DNA from: a bacterium
GTDB lineage: Bacteria > Babelota > Babeliae > Babelales > RVW-14
Reading direction: 5' to 3'
Length of the DNA: 63,876 bases
NCBI GenBank assembly: GCA_043822925.1
Contig: JBDRBF010000055.1
Location: 1 to 63,876, forward strand
The notes beneath the pieces were generated by a model. It was not told the origin of the DNA, ran no database searches, and saw only the letters and a program-made list of their open reading frames with translations. This document shows positions 9,329 through 19,040 of the stretch, in pieces (the first letter of the stretch is position 1; the number at the start of each line of letters is the position of its first letter). Position numbers and translations under genes: made by a program.

Positions 9329-10060
9329 TTATAGGTTTTTTTGTTCTATGTGTGAATTGATAAAAAATAAGTCTTCGTGCGTATCTAAATATGCCAGTAC
9401 GTCTTGCATGGTAAAATTATGTTTTGTGGGGTATACGTTTTCTAAAATATTGCTAATAAGTGTGAAATCTTCAGGTGTATCAACGGTCCAGCGGTGATAA
9501 CTATTATCTTGTTCACAGCTTACGTTGGATAGTTTGAATATTTCTGGGTTTTTATAGATATACGGTGTGACGTGTTCTAGTTCACTTTGTTCTTTTGCAT
9601 GTAAAAATGCTTTTTCTAATGCTTTGAAAGAGAAAACTTCTGTGTCCATACCGCGAGGGTATGTTCGAGTTAAGCTGTTAGATACGTAATCGTATGCGGG
9701 AAATTTATCGATATAATGTGAAATAACATGGTCGATAACTGCTGGATCTATGATTGTACAGTCTGACGTAATGCGTACGACGGTGTCAGCATGATGAGCT
9801 TTTGCTGTGTTATAATAGCGGGAGAGTACATTGTGTTCGTCTCCGCGAAAACATTCGATATTAAGATCTTTGCAGAGCATGACAATTTTATTGTCAGCAT
9901 TATTATTTGTTGTTGCGACAACAATTTTGTGAGCTTTTCGTACATGCTTTAACCGGTCAATTTGATATTCAAGAAGCGTTTTTCCATGAACTTTTTTGAG
10001 AACTTTGCCGGGTAAACGGGTAGAATTCATGCGTGCTTGGACGATAATAACAATATTCAT
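9329..10060 (-). CDS. SpsF/PseF-type cytidylyltransferase (probable CMP-nonulosonate synthetase)
   Basis: MNIVIIVQARMNSTRLPGKVLKKV... is the COG1861/SpsF-type nucleotidyltransferase N-terminus. Overlaps the pseC stop by 4 nt. Confidence 0.6.
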   Translation of the reverse strand: MNIVIIVQARMNSTRLPGKVLKKVHGKTLLEYQIDRLKHVRKAHKIVVATTNNNADNKIVMLCKDLNIECFRGDEHNVLSRYYNTAKAHHADTVVRITSDCTIIDPAVIDHVISHYIDKFPAYDYVSNSLTRTYPRGMDTEVFSFKALEKAFLHAKEQSELEHVTPYIYKNPEIFKLSNVSCEQDNSYHRWTVDTPEDFTLISNILENVYPTKHNFTMQDVLAYLDTHEDLFFINSHIEQKNL

Positions 10061-11208
10061 AGTATTGCCTCTTTTATAATACGTACGATATTTTTTACGT
10101 CTCTATTTGTTAGTTCTGGATACAGTGGTATAGATAGTGTTTGCTTATAATATTGTTCGGCGTTAGGAAAGTCGCCATCTTTTAAACCACGTTTTTTATA
10201 GTATGGCTGCGTATGTACTGGAATATAGTGTACTTGTGTGTTGATGCCTAGATTTTTTAGTTTTTCGTAAATTATATTTTTAGGGGTTTTGACGATGTCA
10301 AAATTAATTAAGAGCGGGAATAGGTGAAAAGCTGCTTTTGAATAATTTTTTTCGTGTAAAAAAGCGAAGCGTTTATCTTGTGCAAATTCTTGTTTGTATA
10401 GCGCTACGATTTCGCGGCGTCTTTGTTTGAATTTATTGAGATGTTTGAGTTGCGATATTCCAAGTGCAGCTTGAATATCTGTCATGCGAAAGTTTAAACT
10501 TGGTTCTTGAATTTCATAGTACCAGGGGCCATCGTTTTTAGTTAATAATAACGGATCTTTGAGCATGCCATGCGACCTGAGTTCTATTAGTTTATCGTAT
10601 AATTGCTTGTTATTTGTGGTTATTGCGCCGCCTTCGCCTGTTGTCATATTTTTTACCGGGTGAAATGAGAATACGGTCATGTCAGAATACTCGCAAGAGC
10701 CTACTTTTTTGCCTAAATATTCAGAGCCTATTGCGTGTGCTGCGTCTTCTATAATTATTAAATTATGTTTTTTTGCTATTTCGTGTATAGCTTTCATGTC
10801 GCACGTTTGGCCTGCAAAGTGTACCGGGATTAATACTTTAGTATTTCGGTGTATATGTTTTAAAATTTCTTCAGGGCTAATATTTGCTGTCTCAGGTTCT
10901 ATGTCGGCAAATATAGTGGTGCCACCAGCAACTTCTATGCAATTTGCTGATGCCAAAAATGTGATTGGACTGGTAATGCCCTGGTCGGTTGGTCCCAGGC
11001 CGGCTGCGCGTACTGCCATGTATAAGCCAACGGTTGCATTAGAAACGGCTACAGCGTACGGTGCTCCTGTGTATTTGCACAGAGCATTTTCAAATTCTTT
11101 TATTTTTGGGCCTTGGGTGAGATACGGTGACCGAAGTGTTTTGATGACTGACCAGATATCGAGCCATGAAATAGATTGTTTAGAATAAGAATATATTTTT
11201 TTATTCAT
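10057..11208 (-). CDS. pseC: DegT/DnrJ/EryC1-family aminotransferase, PseC-like
   Basis: SKQSISWLDIWSVIKTLRSPYLTQGPKIKEFE, then FSFHPVKNMTTGEGG (PLP lysine context). Confidence 0.8.
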   Translation of the reverse strand: MNKKIYSYSKQSISWLDIWSVIKTLRSPYLTQGPKIKEFENALCKYTGAPYAVAVSNATVGLYMAVRAAGLGPTDQGITSPITFLASANCIEVAGGTTIFADIEPETANISPEEILKHIHRNTKVLIPVHFAGQTCDMKAIHEIAKKHNLIIIEDAAHAIGSEYLGKKVGSCEYSDMTVFSFHPVKNMTTGEGGAITTNNKQLYDKLIELRSHGMLKDPLLLTKNDGPWYYEIQEPSLNFRMTDIQAALGISQLKHLNKFKQRRREIVALYKQEFAQDKRFAFLHEKNYSKAAFHLFPLLINFDIVKTPKNIIYEKLKNLGINTQVHYIPVHTQPYYKKRGLKDGDFPNAEQYYKQTLSIPLYPELTNRDVKNIVRIIKEAIL

Positions 11209-11212
11209 GTTC

Positions 11213-12199
11213 TTATAACTCGTTTATCATGTTTTTCATTTGGTCGACAGTGAGCCATACGTCATTCTTTCCACTATGATATTCGAAATTTGGGTCGACT
11301 GGCTTTCCGGGCATGTTTTTGAGAGCGCGAGCGGCGTAATATTCTGGTTTTATAATATAGTAATCGTCAAATTCTATGGTATTTTTTGCATCTTCACGTG
11401 TGATCATTTTTTCATGAATTTTCTCACCAGGTCTGATCCCCACTTCTTTGAGCTTGAGTGCTGGCGCTATTGCTTCAGCCAGATCTGTAATGCGCATTGA
11501 GGGGATTTTTTTAACAAAGAGTTCACCTCCCTGCATGATATTGAGTGCATTAATGACCATGTCGACTGCATCTTCTAGCTTGAGCCAAAAGCGGGTCATG
11601 CGATAATCTGTAATTGGGAGTTCATGATACCCTTGGCCAACCAGATTTTGAAAATAGGGGATTACTGAACCTCTACTGCCAGCGACATTGCCGTACCTGA
11701 CGACAGAAAATTTTGTATCATGTGACCCAGAGTATACGTTGCCTGCGATAAATAATTTGTCTGAGCATAATTTTGTGGCTCCGTATAAATTTATCGGTGA
11801 ACAGGCTTTGTCTGTGCTTAGGGCTATTACTCTTTTTACGTTCCGGTCTATTGCTGCATCAATAACGTTTTGTGCCCCTAAAATATTTGTTTTGACAGCT
11901 TCAAACGGGTTAAACTCACATGATGGGACTTGTTTAAGCGCTGCTGCGTGTATGACGACGTCTATGCCGTCAAACGCTCGATATAGCCGATCTCTGTCGC
12001 GTACGTCTCCAATAAAAAATCTAAGTTTTTTGTTTTCATGAAATTCGGGCTTATTGGACATGATAAATTGTTTGTATTCGTCGCGTGATAATACAACGAT
12101 CTTTTCTACTTCAGGATGTTTTTCTAAAATAACTTTGATAAATGCGTTACCAAAAGACCCGGTGCCGCCTGTTATTAAAATAGATTTGTACGGTATCAT
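11213..12199 (-). CDS. pseB: UDP-N-acetylglucosamine 4,6-dehydratase (inverting), PseB/FlaA1-like
   Basis: ILITGGTGSFGNAF, VIHAAALKQVPSCEFNP, STDKACSPINLYGATKLCSDK, VRYGNVAGSRGSVIP. Confidence 0.85.
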   Translation of the reverse strand: MIPYKSILITGGTGSFGNAFIKVILEKHPEVEKIVVLSRDEYKQFIMSNKPEFHENKKLRFFIGDVRDRDRLYRAFDGIDVVIHAAALKQVPSCEFNPFEAVKTNILGAQNVIDAAIDRNVKRVIALSTDKACSPINLYGATKLCSDKLFIAGNVYSGSHDTKFSVVRYGNVAGSRGSVIPYFQNLVGQGYHELPITDYRMTRFWLKLEDAVDMVINALNIMQGGELFVKKIPSMRITDLAEAIAPALKLKEVGIRPGEKIHEKMITREDAKNTIEFDDYYIIKPEYYAARALKNMPGKPVDPNFEYHSGKNDVWLTVDQMKNMINEL

Positions 12200-12221
12200 G
12201 TGCTACTCCCGTGACTTGTTA

Positions 12222-12262
12222 TCTCAGATTTGCCTGCCCGGCGGAGCCTTGTGCAAAGCCTG
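12222..12262. repeat. family-A palindromic repeat, partial copy in the pseB-fcl spacer
   Basis: tctcagatttgcctgcccggcggagcc matches tcccagacttgcctgcccttcgaagcc (reverse complement of 14704-14762). Confidence 0.5.
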
Positions 12263-12265
12263 GGC

Positions 12266-13363
12266 CTATTTCTCTTTTTTTATTAAGTTTTGTCTTACAT
12301 AATCTTGATACACATTTTTGATTCCAAGTGCAAGATCTGTTTTGTGTTGCCAGCCAAGTGCGTGAATTTTTGAGACATCAAGTAACTTGCGCGGTGTTCC
12401 ATCTGGATTTGTTTTGTCCCATATAATATCACCGGTAAAGCCGGTAATATTTTTAATTAAGAGGGCAAGTTCTTTTATTTGTATATCTGTGCCTGAGCCG
12501 ATATTAATAGTTTCGCCAATATCTGAGTAATTATAATTATTTATAATAAATATAAGCGCATCGGCCAAATCTTTTACATGCAAAAATTCGCGATATGGTT
12601 CTCCTGAGCCCCAGAGAGTTACGTGATTTTTTGTGATGCCAAGTGAGTTGAGTATTTGTTCTATTTGTTCATGGTTAGAATTGGTTGTGTTTGGTAGACC
12701 GTTAGTGGTGGTTTGGCCTGGTGTGCCTAGTGGTCGTGCGTTCAGATCTTCCATAATTTGTTCAAAATTATTTTCGTGTAATAATTTTGCTAAATAAAAT
12801 TTGCGTATAAGCGCAGGCAGTACATGGCCTGAAGTAAGATTGAAGTTGTCTTGGGGGCCGTATAAGTTGGTCGGCATGACTGAAATAAAGTTTGTATGAT
12901 ATTGTTCGTTATAATATTTACAGAGTTTTATGGCTGCTATTTTTGCGATAGCATACGGTTCGTTTGTTGGTTCAAGTTCGCCGGTTAATAGATGTGCTTC
13001 TTGTATTGGCTGTGGGGCGTGTTTTGGGTAAATACAGGACGAGCCCAAGTTTATGAGTTTTTTGACGTTATATGTGTAGGCGGCGTGAATAATATTGGTT
13101 GCGATCATGAGATTGTCGTAAATAAATTCAGCTTTGTATGTGTTATTTGCTAAAATCCCGCCGACTTTTGCGGCGGCTAGAAATACGTATTCAGGTTTTT
13201 TTTGCTCAAAAAAACGTGAAACTTGTTCTTGGTTGCGCAAATCGAGTTCAGCAAAATTTCTTGTAATTATATTTGTGTATCCATTAGTTTTAAGCTTGCT
13301 GATTATTGCTGAACCGACTAGGCCTGTGTGGCCTGCGACGTAAATTTTAGCGTTCTTGTTCAT
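12266..13363 (-). CDS. fcl: GDP-L-fucose synthase (GDP-4-keto-6-deoxymannose 3,5-epimerase/4-reductase)
   Basis: IYVAGHTGLVGSAI, GSSCIYPK, PYAIAKIA, LWGSGEPYREFLHVKDLA. Adjacent to gmd. Confidence 0.85.
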   Translation of the reverse strand: MNKNAKIYVAGHTGLVGSAIISKLKTNGYTNIITRNFAELDLRNQEQVSRFFEQKKPEYVFLAAAKVGGILANNTYKAEFIYDNLMIATNIIHAAYTYNVKKLINLGSSCIYPKHAPQPIQEAHLLTGELEPTNEPYAIAKIAAIKLCKYYNEQYHTNFISVMPTNLYGPQDNFNLTSGHVLPALIRKFYLAKLLHENNFEQIMEDLNARPLGTPGQTTTNGLPNTTNSNHEQIEQILNSLGITKNHVTLWGSGEPYREFLHVKDLADALIFIINNYNYSDIGETINIGSGTDIQIKELALLIKNITGFTGDIIWDKTNPDGTPRKLLDVSKIHALGWQHKTDLALGIKNVYQDYVRQNLIKKEK

Positions 13364-13371
13364 GGGCGTTT

Positions 13372-13493
13372 CCTATGGTTAAAACCATAGGCTCGCAGGA
13401 GCCTTAGGCGATTACGCCTGATGAAAATTTCAAACTTTATGTTCTCAGGCGTAATCGCCTGATACTTATTCCAGCCTAGTGTTTTAACACTAG
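13372..13493. repeat. family-B modular palindromic repeat filling the fcl-gmd spacer
   Basis: Hairpin cctatggttaaaaccatagg, linker ctcgcaggagc, inverted pair aggcgattacgcct / aggcgtaatcgcct, hairpin cctagtgttttaacactagg. The 18-nt and 23-nt blocks are identical to 26882-26932. Confidence 0.8.
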
Positions 13494-13513
13494 GTATGGA
13501 GTTAGGTGAAGTC

Positions 13514-14662
13514 TTATTCATATGTGTTTTGTTTAAGCGAAAAATCATGCGATGTATATGAGAATTCTTTGTCTGTGCATATTCGTAACCCATCGCCAAT
13601 TGGTGTTAGGTTTGCAAATTTCAAATCATAGTCAACCATGATTTTTATGAGTTCTTCAAACGTGACTCTGGGTTGCCAGCATAAATTTTTTTGTGCTTTT
13701 GAAATATCAGCATGCAGGTGTTCAACTTCTGTCGGTCTAAAATATCGTGGGTCTATTTCAATTATCGTATCGTTTGGTTTTACGTGTGAGAGCCAGTTAC
13801 TTGTGCAGTCTTTTACGAAGCCTTGTTCTTTAATCCCACTATTTGTCCAGCCAATTTCTACGCCGGCATACGCAAAAGATTTTTCTATGAATTCGCGTAC
13901 TGTATGGCTTTTTCCGGTGCCGACGACGTAATCGTCAGGCGTATTTTGTTGGAGCATGAGCCACATCATTTCAACATATTCAGGTGCAAAACCCCAATCA
14001 CGTTTGGCGTTTAGGTTGCCGACGTATATTTTTTTTTGTTTGCCGGCAAGCATAGCTGCAATTGCGCGTGTAATTTTACGGGTGAGAAATGTTTCACCAC
14101 GCCGTGGGCTTTCATGATTAAATAATATCCCATTACAGGCGAATATGCCGTATGATTCGCGATAATTTACGGTCATCCAGTAGGCATATAATTTGGCTGC
14201 TGCGTAGGGGCTGCGCGGTCTAAAAATAGTTTCTTCGTTTTGTGGAGGTACCGCTGAGCCGAACATTTCTGATGAAGAAGCTTGATAGAATTTTGTTTTG
14301 CTATTGCTTCGGCGTATTGCTTCTAAAATTCTTGTTGTGCCTAGGCCGGTAATATTTGCAGTATATTCTGGCATGTCGAATGATACTTTGACGTGTGACT
14401 GTGCGCCGAGGTTATAGATTTCGTCTGGTTTTATGTTCCAGATAATATCGCTTATTACCCCAGGGTCAGATAAGTCACCATAGTGCAAAAAAAGTTTTGT
14501 TTCTGATTGGTGGGGGTCTGTGTATACGTGGTCTATTCGTTGGGTATTAAACGTTGATGAACGGCGTATGATCCCGTGAACTTCGTACCCTTTGGCCAGG
14601 AGAAATTCTGCTAAGTAAGAACCGTCTTGGCCGGTTATTCCGGTGATTAATGCTTTTTTCAT
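13514..14662 (-). CDS. gmd: GDP-mannose 4,6-dehydratase
   Basis: [51 protein letters not shown]. Confidence 0.9.
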   Translation of the reverse strand: MKKALITGITGQDGSYLAEFLLAKGYEVHGIIRRSSTFNTQRIDHVYTDPHQSETKLFLHYGDLSDPGVISDIIWNIKPDEIYNLGAQSHVKVSFDMPEYTANITGLGTTRILEAIRRSNSKTKFYQASSSEMFGSAVPPQNEETIFRPRSPYAAAKLYAYWMTVNYRESYGIFACNGILFNHESPRRGETFLTRKITRAIAAMLAGKQKKIYVGNLNAKRDWGFAPEYVEMMWLMLQQNTPDDYVVGTGKSHTVREFIEKSFAYAGVEIGWTNSGIKEQGFVKDCTSNWLSHVKPNDTIIEIDPRYFRPTEVEHLHADISKAQKNLCWQPRVTFEELIKIMVDYDLKFANLTPIGDGLRICTDKEFSYTSHDFSLKQNTYE

Positions 14663-16521
14663 ATTATGTCTTTCTGGGGATTAGAGTGGGGAGAAAGTTG
14701 ACTGGATCCCAGATCCCTACTACGCCCAAGTGGCTTCGAAGGGCAGGCAAGTCTGGGATGACAAATAATATTGGCTGGATTTTCAGGTGATAAATTACTT
14801 GGGCTATTTATGTGTTCTTTTGTCACATTAGTTACTGTGCCCATATCTATGCGATAAACTGTGTCGCACCGTTTAATTGTCGTGAGCCGGTGGGCGACAA
14901 TTATAAGCGTTTTGTTGTTATTAACACGGTAGATTTCTTCCATGATTTTTTCTTCAGTTTCATGGTCAAGAGATGATGTTGCTTCATCGAGTACTAAAAT
15001 TTCTGGGTCGTCATATAATGCGCGTGCGATGCCAATGCGTTGTTTTTGGCCACCACTCAGTTGTATGCCGCCTTCGCCTACTGACGTGAGTATGCTGTTT
15101 TTTGTTTGTAAAAAGTCGTACATGTATGCTTTTTTTAGTGAGAGTATAATTTTTTGTTCGTCATATTCTCGGCCACAAACGATATTGTCTGCGACGGTGC
15201 CATCAAATAAATAGATGTTTTGGGGGATATAGCCAATAGTTTGTCGCCAAGCTTTTTTATTTTGGTGTGTAAGTGTAATATTATCGATTTTAATTGCTCC
15301 AGAAGTTGGTGTGAATAAGCCCATGAGCAGGTCTGTAATAGTACTTTTACCGGCACCGCTTTCGCCCACGAAGCCAACGCGTTCACCTTTTTTTATAGAA
15401 AAGTTTGCCTGTTTTAAGATCGTGTCTTTTTCTGTGTATTTAAAAGATACGTTTAAAAAATTTATATTGTTTTTGAACGTTATTGGTTCGTGGCCTAATT
15501 GTTCATAATCATGATGTAAGAAATTATAAAGGGGAGCGAGCGCGTGTTTGGTGAACATAATTTGATTATATGCAATTACCATTTTATTTATTGATGGTAA
15601 AAAACGGTAAAAAGCGAGTGCGTAAATTGAGACCATGGGGATAACAAAGCTTGCGTTATTATGCATGTATATTACATATAAAATTATGCTTATGAGCATT
15701 AAAAAACCTACAGTTTCTAGGACATAGCGTGGTAACCCTTGCCAGACGTTATTGACAATGTTTGCTCGTGCCAAGCCTTGAGTAGCGCTATTGAAACGCT
15801 CAAGAATTGGTTTGTCATGTGCAATTATTTTGAGAAACTTGTAGTTAGCGTACGATTCTGAATAGGTTCGGGATGTGATCAAAGAAAACTTTTGATTTCT
15901 TTGTCCGGCTGCCATGATTTTTTTTGAGAAAAAACGAGCTACGATAATTACTTTTATGGTCAGAAGTACAGTTAATATGAGCGTCATTTTCCAATTCACA
16001 TAAAAAAGCATGCCGTATATACATATGAGCGTGAACGATTCTGTGCAGATAGAAAGAAGGTTTGTGATTATTTGTGTTGTATTGCCTACATAACCAAAAA
16101 ATATTTGTCCGATGCTTGATGGATTTGTGAGTACAAAATCTTTGTAATTAAATTGTAAGTATCGTTCAAATAAGCGGATAGAAAATTTTTGTTGGCATGT
16201 GAGGGCAAATTTACTCATGTAATAAATGTGTACTGTATTGATTGCAAGTCTGCAAAAATAAAATAGAACGAGTCCGATGCCTGCTATCAGTATAAAATTG
16301 CTTGGGGAGCTGCAACCTAAAAAATTATAAATAGTACTGAGATATTTATTGGTAAAAATGGTGTTGAAATTTGTGGCAAGTGCGATAAAAACCATGAGCG
16401 AAGATAAGCTTATCGTTTCAATTATTGATACGATAATAGAAGCGAAGAGTAAAACGCATATGACTTTTTTGTCGCGCCGTGTAAAGAGTCTGCGTAGCAG
16501 TGTTAAAATGGTGAGCTCCAT
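14659..16521 (-). CDS. ABC exporter, fused permease/ATPase (MsbA/PglK/Wzk-like; probable lipid-linked glycan flippase)
   Basis: Six-TM N-terminal half. GESGAGKST Walker [16 protein letters not shown] signature, [12 protein letters not shown] Walker B. The stop overlaps the gmd start (ATGA). The last ~45 aa are encoded by a family-A repeat. Confidence 0.85.
   Translation of the reverse strand: MELTILTLLRRLFTRRDKKVICVLLFASIIVSIIETISLSSLMVFIALATNFNTIFTNKYLSTIYNFLGCSSPSNFILIAGIGLVLFYFCRLAINTVHIYYMSKFALTCQQKFSIRLFERYLQFNYKDFVLTNPSSIGQIFFGYVGNTTQIITNLLSICTESFTLICIYGMLFYVNWKMTLILTVLLTIKVIIVARFFSKKIMAAGQRNQKFSLITSRTYSESYANYKFLKIIAHDKPILERFNSATQGLARANIVNNVWQGLPRYVLETVGFLMLISIILYVIYMHNNASFVIPMVSIYALAFYRFLPSINKMVIAYNQIMFTKHALAPLYNFLHHDYEQLGHEPITFKNNINFLNVSFKYTEKDTILKQANFSIKKGERVGFVGESGAGKSTITDLLMGLFTPTSGAIKIDNITLTHQNKKAWRQTIGYIPQNIYLFDGTVADNIVCGREYDEQKIILSLKKAYMYDFLQTKNSILTSVGEGGIQLSGGQKQRIGIARALYDDPEILVLDEATSSLDHETEEKIMEEIYRVNNNKTLIIVAHRLTTIKRCDTVYRIDMGTVTNVTKEHINSPSNLSPENPANIICHPRLACPSKPLGRSRDLGSSQLSPHSNPQKDII
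14704..14762. repeat. family-A palindromic repeat (full copy), lying inside the 3' end of the ABC exporter ORF
   Basis: ggatcccagatccctactacgcccaagtggcttcgaagggcaggcaagtctgggatgac. Terminal inverted arms atcccaga/tctgggat. Related copies at 23968, 36906, 58052 and 12222. Confidence 0.75.
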
Positions 16522-16632
16522 TACGCCCCTTTTAAAAATTTATCGCGTACGATATAGTAAACACAAGAACTTTACCGTTAACGAGAAAAAAAAGAAAGAG
16601 GGGGCTTGTGTCCCCGGGAGAGATAGATCGTT

Positions 16633-17649
16633 ATGATAAAGAATAAAAGAATTTTGGTTGCGGGTGGTGCGGGGTTTCTTGGAAGTAATTTGTGTTACAA
16701 GCTACTTGAGCAAAATAATCATGTTATTGTGCTTGATAATTTGTATACGGGGCGACAAGAAAATATTCAGGACTTACTTAAAAATAAAAATTTTAGGTTT
16801 ATTAATCACGATATTATTGAGCCAATAGTTTTGGGACAAGATTTTGGCGATAACTTAGACATGATATTTAATTTGGCTTGTCCAGCATCACCGCCACATT
16901 ATCAAAAAGACCCGATATTTACGACCAAGACAAGTGTCTTTGGAGCTATTAATATGCTTGATTTAGCCAAAAAACATAACGCGCGTATTTTGCAAGCATC
17001 GACAAGTGAAGTGTATGGTGATCCAGAGGAGCATCCACAAAAAGAGACGTATCGTGGTTGTGTGAACCCGATTGGGATAAGAGCTTGTTATGACGAAGGA
17101 AAGCGCTGCGCAGAATCTATTTTTTTTGATTATCATCGCATGTATAATATAGACATAAAAGTGGTGCGCATTTTTAACACGTACGGCCCAAATATGGATC
17201 CACTGGACGGTCGAGTCGTAAGCAATTTTATTATGCAGGCTCTCAAGAATGAGCCAATTACTATGTATGGCGATGGGACCCAAACACGTTCATTTTGTTA
17301 TGTTGACGATTTAGTTAATGGCATGCTTGCTATGATGGAATCTCAAATAATAACTTCTGGATTAGCGACTAGTCAGTCAGGGGTTGTTGGCTTGCAGGTG
17401 CCATTTACGGGGCCAGTTAATTTAGGCAACCCGCATGAGTTTAACTTACTTGAACTTGCTCAATTAATATTAGAACAAACTAAAAGTTCGTCACAAATTA
17501 TTTTTAAGCCATTACCTGCTGACGACCCAGTGCGCCGCAAGCCAGATATTACGCTTGCCAAGCGTATGCTTGGCTGGGAGCCAAAGATAGACTTGAAAAC
17601 GGGGTTATTTAAAACGATCCCGTATTTTGCACGATTAGCCCGGGGTTGA
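16633..17649 (+). CDS. UDP-glucuronate decarboxylase (UDP-xylose synthase)
   Basis: [69 protein letters not shown]. Confidence 0.85.
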   Translation: MIKNKRILVAGGAGFLGSNLCYKLLEQNNHVIVLDNLYTGRQENIQDLLKNKNFRFINHDIIEPIVLGQDFGDNLDMIFNLACPASPPHYQKDPIFTTKTSVFGAINMLDLAKKHNARILQASTSEVYGDPEEHPQKETYRGCVNPIGIRACYDEGKRCAESIFFDYHRMYNIDIKVVRIFNTYGPNMDPLDGRVVSNFIMQALKNEPITMYGDGTQTRSFCYVDDLVNGMLAMMESQIITSGLATSQSGVVGLQVPFTGPVNLGNPHEFNLLELAQLILEQTKSSSQIIFKPLPADDPVRRKPDITLAKRMLGWEPKIDLKTGLFKTIPYFARLARG

Positions 17650-17770
17650 AACCCCAGGCTCGCAAGAGCTTCATGCTTTGCCTGGTAGGCGCAGCATGAT
17701 GAAGCGTTATGTGAAATTTATTTTCTCGTGCGGAGCACGAAATTTGTAATAGACCGGGGTTAAAACTCCG
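17639..17770. repeat. family-B modular palindromic repeat downstream of the UDP-xylose synthase gene (contains its stop codon)
   Basis: cccggggttgaaaccccagg + ctcgcaagagc + hairpin ttcatgct..agcatgatgaa + tttctcgtgcggagcacgaaa + accggggttaaaactccg. The TGA at 17647-17649 lies in the first hairpin loop. Confidence 0.7.
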
Positions 17771-17798
17771 ATGTACATGATTAAAAGAAAGTTACCAT

Positions 17799-19040
17799 AT
17801 GAAAGTAGCAATTTCTGCAGGCGGGAGATTTCACGCGTTTCGTTTAGCATATGAACTTTATAGAAGAAATAGTCTTTCTTGCTTTTATACGTTTAGTTAC
17901 GGCAAGCAAGATTCGATTTTGTTTCCCAAGAGTGTTGTCAAAAGTATTGGGCTGTGTAAGTTTCTGAATTTTGTTTCGACGCGGTTACGGTTATCTCGTG
18001 TGATTAACTCTTCTGTTCTTAATGTAATTCAGGATAATTTGTTTGATTATTCAGTAAGTAAGAAAATAAAAAAATTGGGAGAAATTGATATTTTTGTTGG
18101 TTGGGCACATTATGCCCTTAAGAGTATGCCTGCAATACGTAAAACTGGTGCTAAAGTGATTATTGAGTCAGGGTCTTGTCACATACTTGAACAGCAAAAG
18201 ATGCTGCAGGAAGAGTATGCAAAATGGGGCTTGAAGTATCAGCCGATTCACAAAAGTAATTGTGCGAAAATGGTTGCCGAGTATCAAGCAGCTGATTATA
18301 TTATGACGCTTTCAGAATTTTCTCGTCAAAGTTTTATTCGCCAGGGGTTGAGCCCGGACAAGATTCTCAAAGTTCCGTGCGGCATGGACGTTGAATATTT
18401 TAGTATTGGTCGGCAAAAGCCGGCACCGTGGGGTGCAGGGCTATCTTCTGGACAAGTTGGGCAAGATGTTTTGCGTGGGCAGGCAAAGTTTCGTGTTGTT
18501 TTTGTGGGCATGCTTAATGTGCGCAAAGGGGTGCAATATTTGCTTGAAGCTTGGAATAAATTAAATTTGCCTGAAAATAGTACCGAGTTGCTTTTTGTGG
18601 GCAATCTGCAAAAAGATATTAAAGATATTTTACGCACAATAAAAATCAAAAATAATGTGGTATTTGCGGGGGCTACAAATAGGCGCGATTTGCGTACGAT
18701 ATTACATGATTCGTCTGTGTTTGTGTTGCCATCTATAGAAGATGGTTTTGGTATGGTTGTTGGGGAAGCGATGGCCAGTGGTCTACCCGTTATTTGTTCT
18801 GATCACGCTGGTGCTACTGATATGATTACTGAAGGGCAAGAGGGCTTTGTTGTACCGGCTGCAAGCCCAGATAAATTGGCTGAAAAGATTTTGTGGTGTT
18901 ACGAAAATTATGAGCAATCTTGTGCGATGGGTGCGCGAGGGAGCGAGACGGTGCAGAATTTTTCTTGGGATGTGTATGGTGAACATGTGTATAAAACATA
19001 TGAAAAAATCTTGAATAAAAAAATAAGTAAAACGATTTGA
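17799..19040 (+). CDS. family 4 (GT-B) glycosyltransferase
   Basis: C-terminal EDGFGMVVGEAMASGLPVICSD (E-x7-E type motif). Confidence 0.75.
   Translation: MKVAISAGGRFHAFRLAYELYRRNSLSCFYTFSYGKQDSILFPKSVVKSIGLCKFLNFVSTRLRLSRVINSSVLNVIQDNLFDYSVSKKIKKLGEIDIFVGWAHYALKSMPAIRKTGAKVIIESGSCHILEQQKMLQEEYAKWGLKYQPIHKSNCAKMVAEYQAADYIMTLSEFSRQSFIRQGLSPDKILKVPCGMDVEYFSIGRQKPAPWGAGLSSGQVGQDVLRGQAKFRVVFVGMLNVRKGVQYLLEAWNKLNLPENSTELLFVGNLQKDIKDILRTIKIKNNVVFAGATNRRDLRTILHDSSVFVLPSIEDGFGMVVGEAMASGLPVICSDHAGATDMITEGQEGFVVPAASPDKLAEKILWCYENYEQSCAMGARGSETVQNFSWDVYGEHVYKTYEKILNKKISKTI

Noticed and set aside
12640-12790. Long loop in GDP-fucose synthase (…LNARPLGTPGQTTTNGLPNTTNSNHEQIEQILNSLGITK…) as another repeat insertion.
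   Set aside because: Long-form Fcl proteins with an extended segment at this position exist in other bacteria as far as I recall. Without an alignment I cannot separate a lineage-specific insert from the normal long form.
13360-13599. 79-aa minus-strand ORF spanning the fcl-gmd spacer.
   Set aside because: It is read through the family-B palindromic repeat and overlaps the 3' end of gmd. Its peptide (…RLRLLRAYGFNHRKRP) is simply the repeat translated.
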